DNA of 64,000 bases from Macrostomum lignano. Taxonomy: Eukaryota. The position numbers and the translations under genes are program-made. Below the pieces are notes generated by a model that was given only the letters and a program-made list of their open reading frames with translations, did not search any database and was not told the DNA's origin. Numbering within the stretch: the first letter of the stretch is position 1; each line of letters begins with the position of its first letter. The stretch is from assembly GCA_002269645.1 (NCBI GenBank), contig NIVC01000462.1:153516-217515 (forward strand), read 5' to 3'. Positions 13,506-26,898 of this stretch are shown here, one piece after another.

Positions 13506-13834
13506 AACCACCTAGGCTTGAACGTCACACTAATCCCACAGTTTAGAGCGACAATATAACGCAAATATAACGCGTCAGTTATATCTTTTGTGAAACTAAA
13601 CTTTACGATGCCAATTCTCGGGTGGAACGTGTTTGATTTACAAGTTCAACAGCAGCTCTGAGAAGAGTTGACATCAAGTTCTGTGCGCTCGTCAAGCAGC
13701 ATAAGTGAGTAGGACGTCGGGCAAAAAGGTGGCATTCGCCCTAGCAACTGGAATTACAAAGGAGTGGGGACAATGCGTTTAAGCCGTGACAATTTTCTTC
13801 GAGGCTTTTTATGAGAAAATTCACGAGTCAGTTA

Positions 13835-14300
13835 CAGGGGTCGGCAAACTTTTTCATCAAGGGCTAGATAAACAATCCAGCTCATGATTGCGGGCCAGAT
13901 GAGAGTGGAGAGGAGAGAGAAAAAAATGAGAGATAAGAGAAGAGAGGAGAGTCGAGAGATGGGATGAAAGAAGAGATAAGAAAGAGAAGGAAGTGAAAAG
14001 GGGAGAGGAGGGAAAGAGGGGAACGGAGGGGAAAGAGGGAAGAGAGGGGAAGAGGAAAGAGGAGTTGAGGGGAAAGAGTGGAGAGGAAGGGAAAGAGAGG
14101 AGAGGAGAGGGGAAAGAAGAGAGGGGAGAGAAGAGAGAGGAGAGAAGAGAGGGGAAAGAAGAGGAGATAAGGAGTTGAGAAGCGACATAAGTATTGAGAG
14201 GCCCGGATTGCTGTTGTGAAGTTTTAAAGGACCCGAGGGTCGAATAAAACAGGCTTCGCGGGCCGCATGTGGCCGGCGAGCCTTGTTTTGCCAACCCGTG
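13835..14300. mobile_element. hAT-like MITE containing a polypurine (GA-rich) array
   Basis: Left end caggggtcggcaaactttt, right end gttttgccaacccgtg. GA-rich tract about 13905-14175. Confidence 0.6.
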
Positions 14301-15424
14301 ATCTAGCTCGTAAAAGAAAATCATGAGATGCAGGCTTAAGGCATTAAGCAATAAATACATCATTTGCTCTGAATAAATGTTACTGAGTCGTTTGCTCTGA
14401 ATAAATGTTACTGAGTCGTGAGTCACTAAAACAGATGCATTATTGGGATGAATACAAAAAAATACTCACACTATAAAAGCACTACAAAGTTCCAATGTAG
14501 TGGATTGTCATTCCCACGATAATTCAATTTAAACAAACTACCTGCTTTCTATAGGCTTACAGTGTCTGAATTGGAAAATTCATTCCAACAGTCTATGGCC
14601 AAAACCTTTCAATGGCGACAGCCCGCTGAATTGAAGTTCAACAGAAACAGAGTCGATAGAGTATTGTGTGACTCCAACCGGCTCATCAATCGAACTCATC
14701 GAATTCGATAGAGATCTAACAGCCATCGCCATGAGTGCGCATGAAGATGAGGCCGGCAGGATATGTCTTGAAACTGAAATAGTCGGAGAAAATGAAATCA
14801 AGGAAGAGGCTGGTGAAGAGGATGGCTTGTGGAGAAACAGTAGCAGAACACAGTCCCTTGAGGCCTGTATTTCGCTGCAATATGCATCAGAGACATCGGA
14901 AGCTTTGTGTTTTTCTATACTGATTTCCATTTACCTCATCTTTTGGAATTCCGAATGGCTAAAGAAGAGATTATGTATTTCATTCCAGGTGAAAAGTTTG
15001 GGGCTACAGTCACTTGCAAACTACAAATTGATTTTAGCTTGCGAAAGGCTAAGAGGACCTCAGCTAGATATTCCAAAAAAACTTCTACCGACACTGCACC
15101 AACTCCAAGATACAGTTTTATATTCCTTCTTGCTTCGCTTCACTGGACCATCATTTACGTCGTTATGCAGAATGCACCCTAACTCAAGTCGTCAAATACC
15201 TGTCTGTGGTTCATGTCGGATATCAGGCTAAATATTAAAATAAAAGGGAAAAATTCGTAGAAAAAAGACACTTAAAACTTTGTATTTGCAGTTGTTATTT
15301 CAGGTAGCTACATAAACAATAAGACATAACGCGCAGCCAAAATCTGATTCTCGTGTATTTTTGGTATAGGTTCGCCACGATAATTACTTACTCAGAATTC
15401 TTTTCAGTGTTTGCTATTAGTTCG

Positions 15425-15655
15425 AACAGTCTCACAGCTTCATCCAGTCCTACTCAGTCTCACAGCTTCATCCAGACCCACTCAGCCTCACAGCTTCATC
15501 CAGACCCACTCAGCCTCACAGCTTCATCCAGACCCACTCAGCCTCACAGCTTCATCCAGACCCACTCAGCCTCACAGCTTCATCCAGACCCACTCAGCCT
15601 CACAGCTTCATCCAGACCCACTCAGCCTCACAGCTTCATCCAGACCCACTCGGCC
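15425..15655 (-). repeat. 28-bp minisatellite (8 copies) spanning the stop codon of WSC-PAN copy 3
   Basis: cagcttcatc recurs every 28 bp from 15435 to 15631. Confidence 0.95.
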
Positions 15656-16509
15656 TCGCTGGCCACCTCAGCGGGCACAGCGGCGAATCTCAGCAGGCGG
15701 CACATGCGGCTCGAAGGCACGAAGGCGCAGCCCTGACAGTCCGGGCTGCCGTAGCAGATGGTGGCGCATTCAACTGCACTGCTGGCTGCAATGCTGCGGT
15801 GAGTGATGGAGCTCGCGGAGGCTGTGATGTTCAGCAGAGACGTCACGGGCAGTTTCGGCATCACCGGATTGACTGCAGAAGGGTTGGTTGAAAATATGGC
15901 ATGCCAATATTATTGTTAATATTTTTATCGGTCAAATCAATTCGAATATTGCTTGTAAAATCTCCCAATGAGAACTGATTTTAATGAAAAAAGAGTTCAG
16001 TGTTTTTAGGTCGTCCTTCGCTAAATTTACGCAACCTGTGTTTACACTTGTACAAGCTGCGTTAATCCGGAACGCTTACTTGGTGAGTAAGTCAATTCGT
16101 AGATAGAATTTCTGTAAGCTCCACCGCAAATTTGAGACGAGTTCCCGCTGCAAGCTCTGCTGCAGTCGCCAGCCGGTGCGATGCCGTGCGATCCGTAGGC
16201 CGAGCCGCAGCAGCAGAAGCTGTGGAGCTGAACTCCAAAGTAGCGAAATCGGCCGTAAGAGCACATGTGGCTGCACAGTTGCAGTGTCATCTTGGCGCCA
16301 TCGTAGACAAATGCTGGGAAACCAGGGTGAGTCTCAAACTGTCCGAACTTTTTGACTCCCTCCAGTCCTACAAGATCTCGGTTGCCATCAGCGCCATCCA
16401 CGTAGCAGCCGAGGTGGCGAAACTCCAACGGTTGAGGCGGCACGGAAACAGCGGCGAAGCGTCCGGAACCGGCTGCCCAGCAGAGCAGCAGAGCGCAGAG
16501 TTTCAGCAT
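15628..16509 (-). CDS. Secreted WSC + PAN/Apple-like protein, copy 3 (subfamily A), 224 aa
   Basis: Exon 1 16509-16080: MLKLCALLLCWAAG signal plus WSC motifs, donor GTAAGC. Exon 2 15872-15628 after cttctgcAG. Phase 1. Confidence 0.88.
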
Positions 16510-16747
16510 TGGGAAAAAAAACTAGAGAGTGGCCGAACTACAGTTTCTGAGGACCCTTCTTCTGGTTCTGGTAAGAAATTTAGGTAGGTAGTATATTTGC
16601 TGGAAGAAGCCAATGGAGAATTGACCACCAATGCTGAGCTAGGATTGGCTGAGGTTTCACCCTAATAGGAAAAAGATATCGACCACTGATGAGTAGCAAG
16701 ACAAGAATATATCTGAAAAATTTCTGATACTGTCTTCAAAAAGTTCA

Positions 16748-17543
<796 letters not shown>

Positions 17544-17834
17544 CGTGCGATCCGATCCGTAGGCCGAGCCGCAGCAGCAGTAGGCCGCAGACTGAACTCC
17601 AAAGTAGCGAAATCGGCCGTAAGAGCACATCTGGCTGCACAGTTGCAGTGTCATCTTGGCGAAGTCGAAACCGAATGCTGGGATACCAGCGTGAGTCTCA
17701 AACTGTCCGAACTTTTTGACTCCCTCCAGTCCTGCAAGATCTCGGTTGCCAACAGCGCCATCCACGTAGCAGCCGAGGTGGCGAAACTCCAACGGTTGAG
17801 GCGGCACTGCAGCAGCAACGCAGCATCCGGAACC
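17544..17834 (-). pseudogene. WSC exon-1 pseudogene (subfamily A)
   Basis: PPQPLEFRHLGCYVDG...CCCGSAYGS then runs into (GATA)n. The start codon and signal peptide are deleted at 17834 relative to copies at 16.5/30.9 kb (gaacc microhomology). Confidence 0.85.
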
Positions 17835-17989
17835 GAACGGCAGTTTCTGAGACGCTTCTTCTGATTCAGGTAAAAAAGTTAAGCACTATATTTGCTAGAA
17901 GAAGCCAATGGTAAAATGGACCACCAATGCTGTGCATGGATTGGCTGAGGTCTCACCTTGATGTGCATGAGCGGTCCCACAGAGTCTAG

Positions 17990-19070
17990 AGTCGAGCAGA
18001 GGAAGCAAGACTCGGCCGGGAGCAAAGTATCCATAATGTGCTCGCAGCAGCGGCTCTTTAAATTAGACCTGCCGGGACCTCGAACGTTACAATGGTGACG
18101 ATGTTGCGAGATCTGTTGGCCCCAAAGAAGCCGAAGGAGACCTCTTGACATCATCAAGACTCTCCGGGAGCACTTTAACCCCAAGCTTTGAAAGGTGGTG
18201 AGGAAGGTTCAATTTCTACCGGCGCAGTCAGCACGAGGGCGAGAGCATCAGCAATTATCTGGAACAACTGAGAAAATATATTCCTGGATGAAGCACTGAG
18301 GGACAAGCTGGTGACTGGACTCCGTAATTCACAGATTCAAAGACGCCCGCTCCAGACGACTCTCTGAGCAGCATCCAAAAGATCGCGGTCCTCTTGGAGA
18401 CAGCGGAGAGAGGAACAGACGTCATCAGCAAGGTATAATTCACGACGTCAAGCACGTGAAGGCAGCCGAAATGGTGAATTTCTTCAGAATGGTGTTTACA
18501 GCTGATAGTGTGAATCACAATTGTAGCTAAGCCTCTATTGCAAGCCTGTTAGAATAAAAGAATATGTAGTGCCCACAGCAGAAAGCTAATAAGCGTAGAA
18601 AGAAACACGTGTATTTCTGAGAAGAACCTCTCAAAGATACGGATCGTATCAGAAAATATTTCTAAGACCAGTTGAACATGGAAAACAACAAGTTCAGGAC
18701 TTATAGGAAACAAAAATTTAACAATTTTTAGCTGTCGGTTTAACACACTCAGAAACAGCTAATCGCCCGCCCCCAAAATTGACGCTGTCACGTGGCAGTA
18801 TCTTTAATTCCAGTTTCTGTAGCGTATCCAGGAACCATGCACGAGCACGCTAAAGTGCCGTTACTCGTCGTGGTATCAGCTGATTCACCAGCCCGTTGAT
18901 GAACGCTTGAGACAACTGCTGCCAGGCATTCAGAACCGGCAGACGCAAATCTGTTCAGCATTCTGCTGGACACCCTACTGACATCTTCGCATTACTAAGT
19001 CCCAGACATGCTTGATGGCTTTACCATTGGTTTACCCCGATGGCATGCAAAACTCTTAAGCCGTGTTCCA
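17990..19070 (+). mobile_element. Decayed Gypsy-like LTR retrotransposon remnant (gag, probable protease region)
   Basis: Frameshifted LRDLLAPKKPKET / LREHFNPK / RFNFYRRSQHEGESISNY / LDEALRDKLVTGLRN at 18.1-18.4 kb. VPLLVV protease-end-like segment near 18.85 kb is less certain. Confidence 0.6.
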
Positions 19071-19226
19071 GCGTGAGTTAATAGGGGGATTAGCTGTTGC
19101 TAAGTTTGCTTTGTTGAGAAAAATATAGGTTTGATTGTGAAAATCATTATCGAAGCATGCAAATTTGTAGGATTTTAATTTGCGTCTTATCTTCTACTAA
19201 ATAAATCGATCTTCTCATTTCAAGTC

Positions 19227-19959
19227 TCAGCCGCGAACAAAGTACACCCCATCGATGCTGCTCAGGTTGGCAGGCGGATAGGCGAACCTCAGCAGGTGGC
19301 ACAGGCGCTGCTGGCCAGAGAAAATCACAGCCTGGCAGTCGGCTGAGGCTTCACACAGCATCACGCAGGTGACATCGATTCCGGCAGGGCGGGTCCAGTG
19401 GATCCGTTGCGAGGCAGTCACTGTCAGGGTTGGCCTATCAGTCTGTTGAAAGCATTTGCTAGCTGAAAGTGCGAAATCAAATCAGAGAATTCAGGGAATA
19501 TGCCCGCTTTGATTCATTGGTCGCTAACAGTTTGCACTTTTAGTATTAACACTCACTCGGGTAGGTCAAAGCGAAAACAGAGTTTTTGTAACTGCCTCCA
19601 CACTTTTGACTGGAGTTTCCAGAGCACGCAGTGTTGCAGAGGCTGTCAGCGACTGATCCGACTGAGCCATAGGATGAGCCGCAGTAGCAGTACCGTTGGT
19701 GCTGCACCCCGAAAAACAGGAATCCGCCCAACGAGCAAATGCTACCGCACATTTCGTGGGTCATCCCGCTGTTACGGATGGCCGAATATACAGTGTTTCC
19801 GTACCCACCAACGTTTGTGACATCCGCAAATCCGTTCAAGTCTCTGTTGCTTCCTTCGTCTTGAAAACAGCCAACGTAAGAGAACTGGATCACCCTGCCA
19901 GCGGCGAGGACCCAGAAGGTGCACACAGCGACCAGAACGATTGACTGTCTGTAGAACAT
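19227..19959 (-). CDS. Secreted WSC + PAN/Apple-like protein, copy 4 (subfamily B), 212 aa
   Basis: Exon 1 19959-19557: MFYRQSIVLVAVCTFWVLAAG signal, WSC, donor GTGAGT. Exon 2 19462-19227 after ctttcAG. 94-bp phase-1 intron. Confidence 0.88.
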
Positions 19960-22759
19960 GTTTAAAGTTGTATATCCGGGCCGCTTTCTTCTGCTCCCTC
20001 GAGGAGTTTGCAAAGCTTCATATAGTTTTGCATTGGGCTACTCTGATTGGTTATTTGCAGATCTACATGTATCACTGCACTTTGAGCTAAGATCTGTGTA
20101 GATAACTGATATGCTACTTTAAGTACAAACTGTGCGTTTGAACTCTAAGTAACCAAAAAGCTCGATACACGAGCTTTCAAACAGGCAGCATAAAGAACGG
20201 AATCACCTGTCAACGACGCTGGGCAAAATAGCCAGGCAGAGATCAAAGAGATCGTATGTTAAAAAAGCATTTTTTATTTTGCTCTAAGCCCTGAATCCCG
20301 TTCATGTCTCGCTGCAGCCTAGCACTAGCCCAAAGCCTCCGCTCCTCGTCTCCCAGGTTCTTCCATGTACAGTTGAGAGGAGAGAAGCTTCAATAGACGA
20401 AATGGGAACAGAGCCATGTGTGAACTCTGGGAGCAGTGTGGAGCGAGGCGGAGAGTCACAGAGAAGGCAGAACCTCCACACCCATTCTATGCTAGAAGGT
20501 TAATATTATCGATTGAATTTTGCCTCGCTGAGCAGTCGATGCAGCTCCTTGCTCAGGCGCCTGTCTATCAGTGAGTCGCCTGACATTACTACTGTTTAGG
20601 ATAGCAGTGTGTCGATGCCAAAGATACACCTAAATCAGGATTTTACAGTTTATTGGTGCCCGCTGGCATAAAAAGCGCAGAGCAAGCCACTAAAGTATAA
20701 AAACTTTTATACACATGCAAGCTTGTAAGGCATTGTACTTTTCACGTACTTGATCGATGTGGAGTCAAATGCTCCGAGCAGCCGAATTTCGTAGCTTCTT
20801 TTTTAGACTACAAAAGCAGCGTTCTTGACAGAAGTGACAGCAACCCCCACAAAGCAGCTTAAAGATTACCATGCAGTCTCACGCAAAATTTTGGACACGC
20901 ACGAATTTATCACCATTGAATTGAAAATGGAAGACAGTCCTCTGGACCAGTCTCTTGCATTTAGAGTGGAACAACTTGAACAAGCTGACCATTATCTTCT
21001 CATGAGGTGGAAAAAATTCTATTGGATGAGCTTAGAGGAGACTGATTCAAGATGATGACGGATAAAGCGATCGATTGAGGGATGTTGACGAGCGCACCAG
21101 CGATCAAGAGAAAAAAAAGTCGACTGGGGCATGAGCGTCTTCTTTACTGCCTGACACGAAGTCAAGAAAACAGCTTTGGACTCTTGAAGATGCGTCTAGT
21201 CTGATGGTAATCAAGGACTATGACAAAATGGCGAGGTTATGAAAGCAAACTATTTCATGGCCTATTCTCTGACAATTAAATTTTATATTTCTTGGCACTT
21301 TCTTGGTCAGAGCCACTAGGTGTATAAGCGATGTATGAGCGACAACAAAAGGCTACCGATATTTTGCAGACAGAAAGGGGTGGAAAAGGAAAAAATGGAA
21401 ATCCAGATCGTTAGAACTTGCAAGTAATACAGTCAACATCGTTTCCTGCTGTGCAGGTTTTGAAGGTCCTCTGTATTGAGCCAATCGAAATAAGACACTG
21501 GCAACACTGGATAAGCTGGTTTGAGCAGTAAAAACCAACGCAAGACTAACCTGTCTTTTCTGAACCACACTACTTTATCTGACTCATTCGAGGTGAATAT
21601 TGCATTGTGAAATACATTTCGAAACTTTTCTAAATCTAAGACTGTTGGATCTTGTGTGTGGGGTATTCCGTGTAGTATTTATTGCTCACGATTTTCACTC
21701 CGTGCGTGTGCTCATCGTGTATTGCTCGCGCTCCTTGCACCTCTCTGCTCTATCGTAACTTTAACGTACCCTGTTGGCGCTTTTGCCCTTGGGTTTGCAG
21801 TGGCTGCAATTGGACTTTGCCTATAATAAATCGTCGACACGTTGTTTGTCAGTGCACTTGGCACTTTTAATCTCGCCTCGCATACTCTTTGCTCTTGACT
21901 TGCTTCTTTGACAGCGAGTTTTTAGAGAAAGCTGGGAGCATGTGTCTCACAGCTTGGTTTTTTTCCACCCTGTTTCTACCTTCCTGCATCCTGGTGGAAA
22001 CGCCCGGAGACGGCTTGAATTTCTTCTCCGTTTTTTGCATGCACTCCCAAGAGACTTCAGTGAATTGCTACAGTTTTTCTGCTCAGCAACGTATCTGCTA
22101 CAAATGAGAGTAGCTCGTAGGTTGCCTTCGGTTTCCGCTCCATAAATTCACTGTCACCAGTCAGATGTCTAGCCTCCCAGTTTCCTGAACTTCAATGGTA
22201 GCAAATTCAGATATCAGTGAATTCATTCAGATATCAGTGAATTCATTCTATTGACTGAATGATTTTTTACCAGCGTTGTTTTAAGATAACGTTAACGTTG
22301 ACTGATTCTACTGCTGTCAGAAATTTCAGTCACAGCTCTGGGTCTCTTACGGTATCTGTTATCTATAATATTCCCAGCTGTCTGTCTGTCTACTCTGCGA
22401 TGTGGATAACGTTAAGGTTGACTCAGGAGAGGTAATTTATTGAGAACCACAAAATTTGTACTTGAGCCTCTCATGCTGACAAAAGTCCGCTTCCCTCCAT
22501 CGGCACCTAAACAAATCTATTTTCTTTCTCTCTCTTTCACCAGACTGCTTTTAAACAAACTCCTGAGATACAATCACCATCGGGCTGTCATCAGTTGACA
22601 CATCGGGCCCGTGGCTCTCTTCAACTACGCTCGTTGCTGCACGATCACTGGATCTGGCCTGACGTTTCGTCCTGCATTGGCGTCCGATGAACACCGATGA
22701 AATCAACTCTGTCCTGGTCCAAGTGTCTCAGAACGGCTCTCAATTTGTCGACTCTTGGG

Positions 22760-22847
22760 GCAGAGACGCTGCTGTGGGTGATGGAGCTCATTGAAGCTGA
22801 GATGCTCGGCATGGCAGAAGCTGGCAGCTTGGTCATTGCTTGGCCAG
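22760..22847 (-). pseudogene. Truncated PAN exon-2 fragment (paralogue of copy 2)
   Basis: Acceptor plus MTKLPASAMPSISASMSSITHSSVSA, then a deletion joining to the sequence found at about 10797 in copy A. No matching exon 1 upstream. Confidence 0.75.
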
Positions 22848-23567
22848 CTACAAAAGTTGAATTAAAACTGAATTTAGGAAAAAATTACCCAAAAACTAGA
22901 AATAATATATTTAGGAGCGTATTTATATAGGCAAATCTCTGTGAATTATGCAATCTGTATTTTCACAGTGTGCATTTGCAGCAGATTTTAAAAAAAACTT
23001 AGTTAAGAATTAGTTAAGTTGTCACTGGTATTTCCATCGATGCAAGTTTGGATAGTTTTTCAAAAACATTGAAACCCGGAATACAGTCGCAACAAAGAAT
23101 TGCCATGTGTAAAGATCGCCAATGAATATCAGTAAATAAAATAATTATTAGCACTCATTTTTAAAGACATCAAAAACATAGTAGGAAAGCGTCTACTTAA
23201 AGTGTTTTCTATCTGAAATTTTTATTCTATCTGAGGTGTACAGCTAACCATAATTAATTTACAGGTATTTAAATCTACACAACCATTCGTCCGCTAGTGT
23301 TGCAATATATGCTGGCTATTAGGGTTGAAAATCATGCGTGAGAGTCGCAGAGAAGGCAGAACCTTCAAACCCAGTCTGAACTTCTTGCTTGTTCTGGAAG
23401 CTCAACTTTTCGTATGGATTCCGCCTCGCTGAGCAGTCGATGCAGCTGCTCGCTCAGACGCTTGTGAGTTGCCGGATTTGAGCCTCGAATTATTAAAGTG
23501 TACCACCTGGCAGAATATTCCTGTATTGCTTATGATGACATTGTGTTGATGCCAAGTATACGCCCAA

Positions 23568-23835
23568 GTCGGGGGTGTTACAGAGTGTTGGTGTCTGTTA
23601 GATACGCCACTCTCAACTCGGGGTGTTACAGAGTGTTGGTGTCTGTTAGATACGCCACTCTCAACTCGGGGTGTTACAGAGTGTTGGTGTCTGTTAGACA
23701 CGCCACTCTCAACTCGGGGTGTTACAGAGTGTTGGTGCCTGTTAGACACGCCACTCTCAACTCGGGGTGTTACAGAGTGTTGGTGCCTGTTAGACACGCC
23801 ACTCTCAACTCGGGGTGTTACGGAGTGTTGGTGCC
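23568..23835. repeat. 48-bp minisatellite, about 5.5 copies
   Basis: Unit cggggtgttacagagtgttggtgtctgttagatacgccactctcaact. Confidence 0.95.
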
Positions 23836-24532
23836 CGCTGGAAGAGCAATCACAGATCAAGCCACTTAAGTACCATAAAATTGATATTTATGCAAGCTTG
23901 TAAAGCATGGTAATTTACACGTACTTTAGCGGTGTCAAATTCTTCTAGCAGTTAAATTTTACGGACACAGTCGCCATTTTCTTTAGAGTACAACCAGCAT
24001 TTTCAATAAAACTGACAGCAACCCCCAGTGTCTTGATTCTGAAGATCAAGCTTCATGTATCTTTTGGACTTGCTACTAAATCGCAAGGCCACACAAAGCT
24101 AAAGATTTAATTTTAAGTCTGACGAAAATATATTCCTATTTTTACTTCACGCCAAAATTTATTTACCGCTACTTGAAAGTAGGCGAAAAAGCTAATAATG
24201 TCATTTTCTAAACGGGACGGCTTAAACGCCTTCGAATCAGTTTCTCCGTCTTGTGTAGATCAGAGGTTTGGATTGCGCTTGATTTACAAGTTCAACAGCA
24301 GTAGTTTTTTCAAGAGATTTCCTCAAGAATTGTGTGTCTGTCAAACGTGAGTATGTCAAGACAAAAGGTGAGGTAGCAAGCATTCGTTGTAACTTTTGCA
24401 TGGCGTATGAGTATGCTATTGTTACACATAAAGTTATATGTTTAGAAGGACTCCAAAGAAGTACTCAAGTTACTGGCACTTAATAAAAATAAAAATAATA
24501 CTAATACTTATATTAATAAAAATACACCCTCA

Positions 24533-24691
24533 ATTACCCCAGCTAATGCTGGCACCCATTTTACAGCTGGTTGAACTGAAGCAATGCTGAGTTAAGTGTC
24601 TTGCCCAAGGACACAGATTGTTCCGAGCGGGTCGAGAATCGAACTACCGACCTTTCTGTCGTGAGTCTGACAATTTAGCCACTAAGGCTAC
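24533..24691 (-). mobile_element. tRNA-derived SINE family 1, copy 3 (orthologous site to copy 2)
   Basis: Homologous to 13.35-13.5 kb with the same flanking sequence. Confidence 0.75.
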
Positions 24692-24777
24692 AACCCCCTC
24701 ACTAGGCTAGAACTCCACACTAACCTCACAGTTCAGAACAACATTCTAACGCAATTATATCATGTCAGTCATATTTT

Positions 24778-25620
24778 CAGTCATATGCAGAGCTGAACGC
24801 CAAGGGTACGAGAGGAGAGGCTACTGTCATCCACTCCGATAGCCAAGCGGCCTTACAGGCCCTTTGCCACACCACAACGAACTTCCGGACACTCGTCCGG
24901 AAGCTCAACCTCCTGGCCAGTAGCAATACTGTCAGGCTGAAGTGGATTCCAGGGCACGCAGGGTTTCCGGGGAACGAGCTGGCAGACACCCTCGCCAAGA
25001 GGGGCGGCTCTGGCTCTTTCTTTGGCCCTGCCCCCTTGGTCCCCATGCCCTCGACAGTCATCAATCGTCTGATCGATGACTGGGCTGACTCCCTCCACAG
25101 GGACAGATGGGCGGGCACCCAAAACTGCCGACAATCTCGTGCCGCGGTTCCGTGCCCCTCTCGCAGGCTCAGAAATGTCCTTCTGAACCAAAATCGGAAG
25201 GATATCCGAGCCCTCGTCATGACCTTCACCGGCCATGGCTACCTCGCCAGGCACTGCTTCCTCCGAGGTGACCTCGAAAGTGAACTTTGCCCTTTTTGCG
25301 AGTACGACAATGAAGATGCTCAGCACTTTGTTTGTCACTGCCCTTTCTTTACCAGAGACCGCTACGCTACCTCGGGCCGAACCCGTCCATTGACGAGGTC
25401 TGCCAGCCTGACAGCATCCCACGGCTCACCCAGTTCCTTCGGGCGACGAGACGAGCCACTTTCTTCCCCACGGAAGATCACGCTGCAGGACGGACCGGCG
25501 GACCACCCTGACCGGCCCCACGCCTCTGCCTGTCTGCGGGCCTTCAGGGGCTAGCGGAATGGGCGACGACCCTCGCCTCCCCGCTGTATCTACGGACCAC
25601 CCTGCAGCTAAGTCAAGTAA
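24778..25620 (+). mobile_element. 5'-truncated LINE insertion (RNase H end + zinc knuckle) with 14-bp TSD
   Basis: SDSQAALQAL..WIPGHAGFPGNELADTLAK (RNase H) and FTGHGYL..CPFC..DAQHFVCHC. Tail ctaagtcaagtaa. TSD gtcagtcatatttt at 24764-24777 and 25621-25634. Confidence 0.88.
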
Positions 25621-25861
25621 GTCAGTCATATTTTTGTGAAACTAAACTTTGCGATGCCAATTCTCGGGGTGGAACGCGTTTGATTTACAAGTTCAACAGC
25701 AGCTCTGTGGCTGTGCGCTCGTCAAGCAGCATGAGTAGGATGTCGGGCCAAAAGGTGACATTCGCCCTAGCAACTAGAAAATCAAGGGAGTGGAGACAAT
25801 ACGTTTGAGCAGTGACAAACTTTTCTTCGATGCTTTTTATGCGAACATTCGCCAGTCAGTT

Positions 25862-26190
25862 ACAGGGGTCGGCAGACTTTTTCATCAAGGGCCAAATGAG
25901 AGTGGAGAGGAGAGAGAATAGAAAATGAGACATGAGAAAAGAGAGGGGAGGCGAGAGATGGGATGACAGAAGAGATAAGAAAGAGAAGGAAGTGAAGAGG
26001 AGAAAGGGACGAAGAGGGGAAAGAGAGGAAAATTGGAGGGGAAAATGGGGAAAGAAGAGAGGGGAGAGAAGAGGGGATAAAGAGTTGAAAAGCGACATAA
26101 GTATTGAGCGGGCTGGATTGCCGTTGGATTACCGGAGGTCCGAATACGAGCTAGAGAGGCTGCGCGGGCCGCATGTTACCCGTTTGCCGA
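25862..26190. mobile_element. hAT-like GA-rich MITE, duplicated copy
   Basis: caggggtcggcagacttttt ... gtttgccgatccgcg, with an internal GA tract. Confidence 0.55.
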
Positions 26191-26262
26191 TCCGCGAATA
26201 GAAAAAAAATACCCATGCTATAAGAGTACGAGTAGTACATCATTTTACCCCAATTTTAAACA

Positions 26263-26875
26263 AAATCGAGTTCAATTCAAACTAAAACAACTTCAATCGA
26301 GTTCCTATCCAGTGCATTTTGATTATTACGGGAATTCAATTCAAATAAGCTACTCCGTTTTTATAGACTACATTTTCTGAATTGGAAAATTTATTGCCAC
26401 AGTCTATGGCTAAAACCGCTTTTCAGGGGCGACAGCTCGCTAAATTGAAGTTCAAAAGAAGCAGAATCGACGGAATTTTGTGTGACTCCAACCGCCTGTT
26501 TAACTCATCGAATTGGATAGAAATCCAAATGCCATCGTCATGAGTGCGGATAAAGATGAGGCGGACAGGATTTGTCTTGACACTGAGATTGTCGGAGAAA
26601 ATGAAAACGAGGAAGAGGCTGGTGAAGAGGATGGCTTGGAGAGACAGTTGGCAGGACACGTCCTGCTCATTGTCTAAAAATCAGTTCGCATTAGTGAGCT
26701 GCCGAGGCCTCTTAAAAGCGATTTTGGCCATAGACTGTCGGAACAGATTTTCCAATTCAGACAATTCAGCCAATAGAAAAGTAGTTCGTTTAAATTGATT
26801 GAATTTCCTCAAAGAATCGCATTCCACTGAAATTTCTCAATTCAAGTCTATTTTGGTTCGAATTTAACTCGACTT
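26263..26875. mobile_element. Non-autonomous DNA element with long (about 150-bp) diverged TIRs
   Basis: Left arm ..tctgaattggaaaat..acagtctatggctaaaaccgctttt mirrors right arm aaaagcgattttggccatagactgt..attttccaattcaga, and the similarity extends outward. Partial copies at about 14.5-14.9, 29.1-29.45, 32.05-32.3 and 39.1-40.0 kb. Confidence 0.6.
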
Positions 26876-26898
26876 CGTTCAAAATTGAGGATTTTTAC

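Larger units (their letters stand above)
9880..14300. repeat. Segmental duplication copy A (paralogous to about 21770-26190)
   Basis: Collinear spacer sequence, PAN exon, SINE and GA-rich MITE are shared with 21.8-26.2 kb. Partial third paralogues near 20.5 kb and 28.1-28.6 kb. Confidence 0.75.
21770..26190. repeat. Segmental duplication copy B (paralogous to 9880-14300)
   Basis: Collinear with copy A, but with the WSC exon lost, the PAN exon truncated, a minisatellite expansion and a LINE insertion. Confidence 0.75.

Noticed and set aside
14668-15231. 187-aa acidic ORF and the related LFTSLF..FSDN ORFs at 26.4 and 39.1 kb as a second gene family
   Set aside because: Frames and stops are not conserved between copies, and the segment lies inside a long-TIR repeat element.
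16132-16587. Plus-strand ORFs antisense to WSC exons (also 7962, 11393, 30587, 33998, 40995), with a CAG/GTAAG-like site near their ends
   Set aside because: Shadow ORFs of GC-rich coding exons. Their recurrence is explained by paralogy, and there is no independent protein signal.
23402-23869. 48-bp array as a CRISPR or coding repeat
   Set aside because: Head-to-tail units without unique spacers, in a eukaryotic context with no cas genes.
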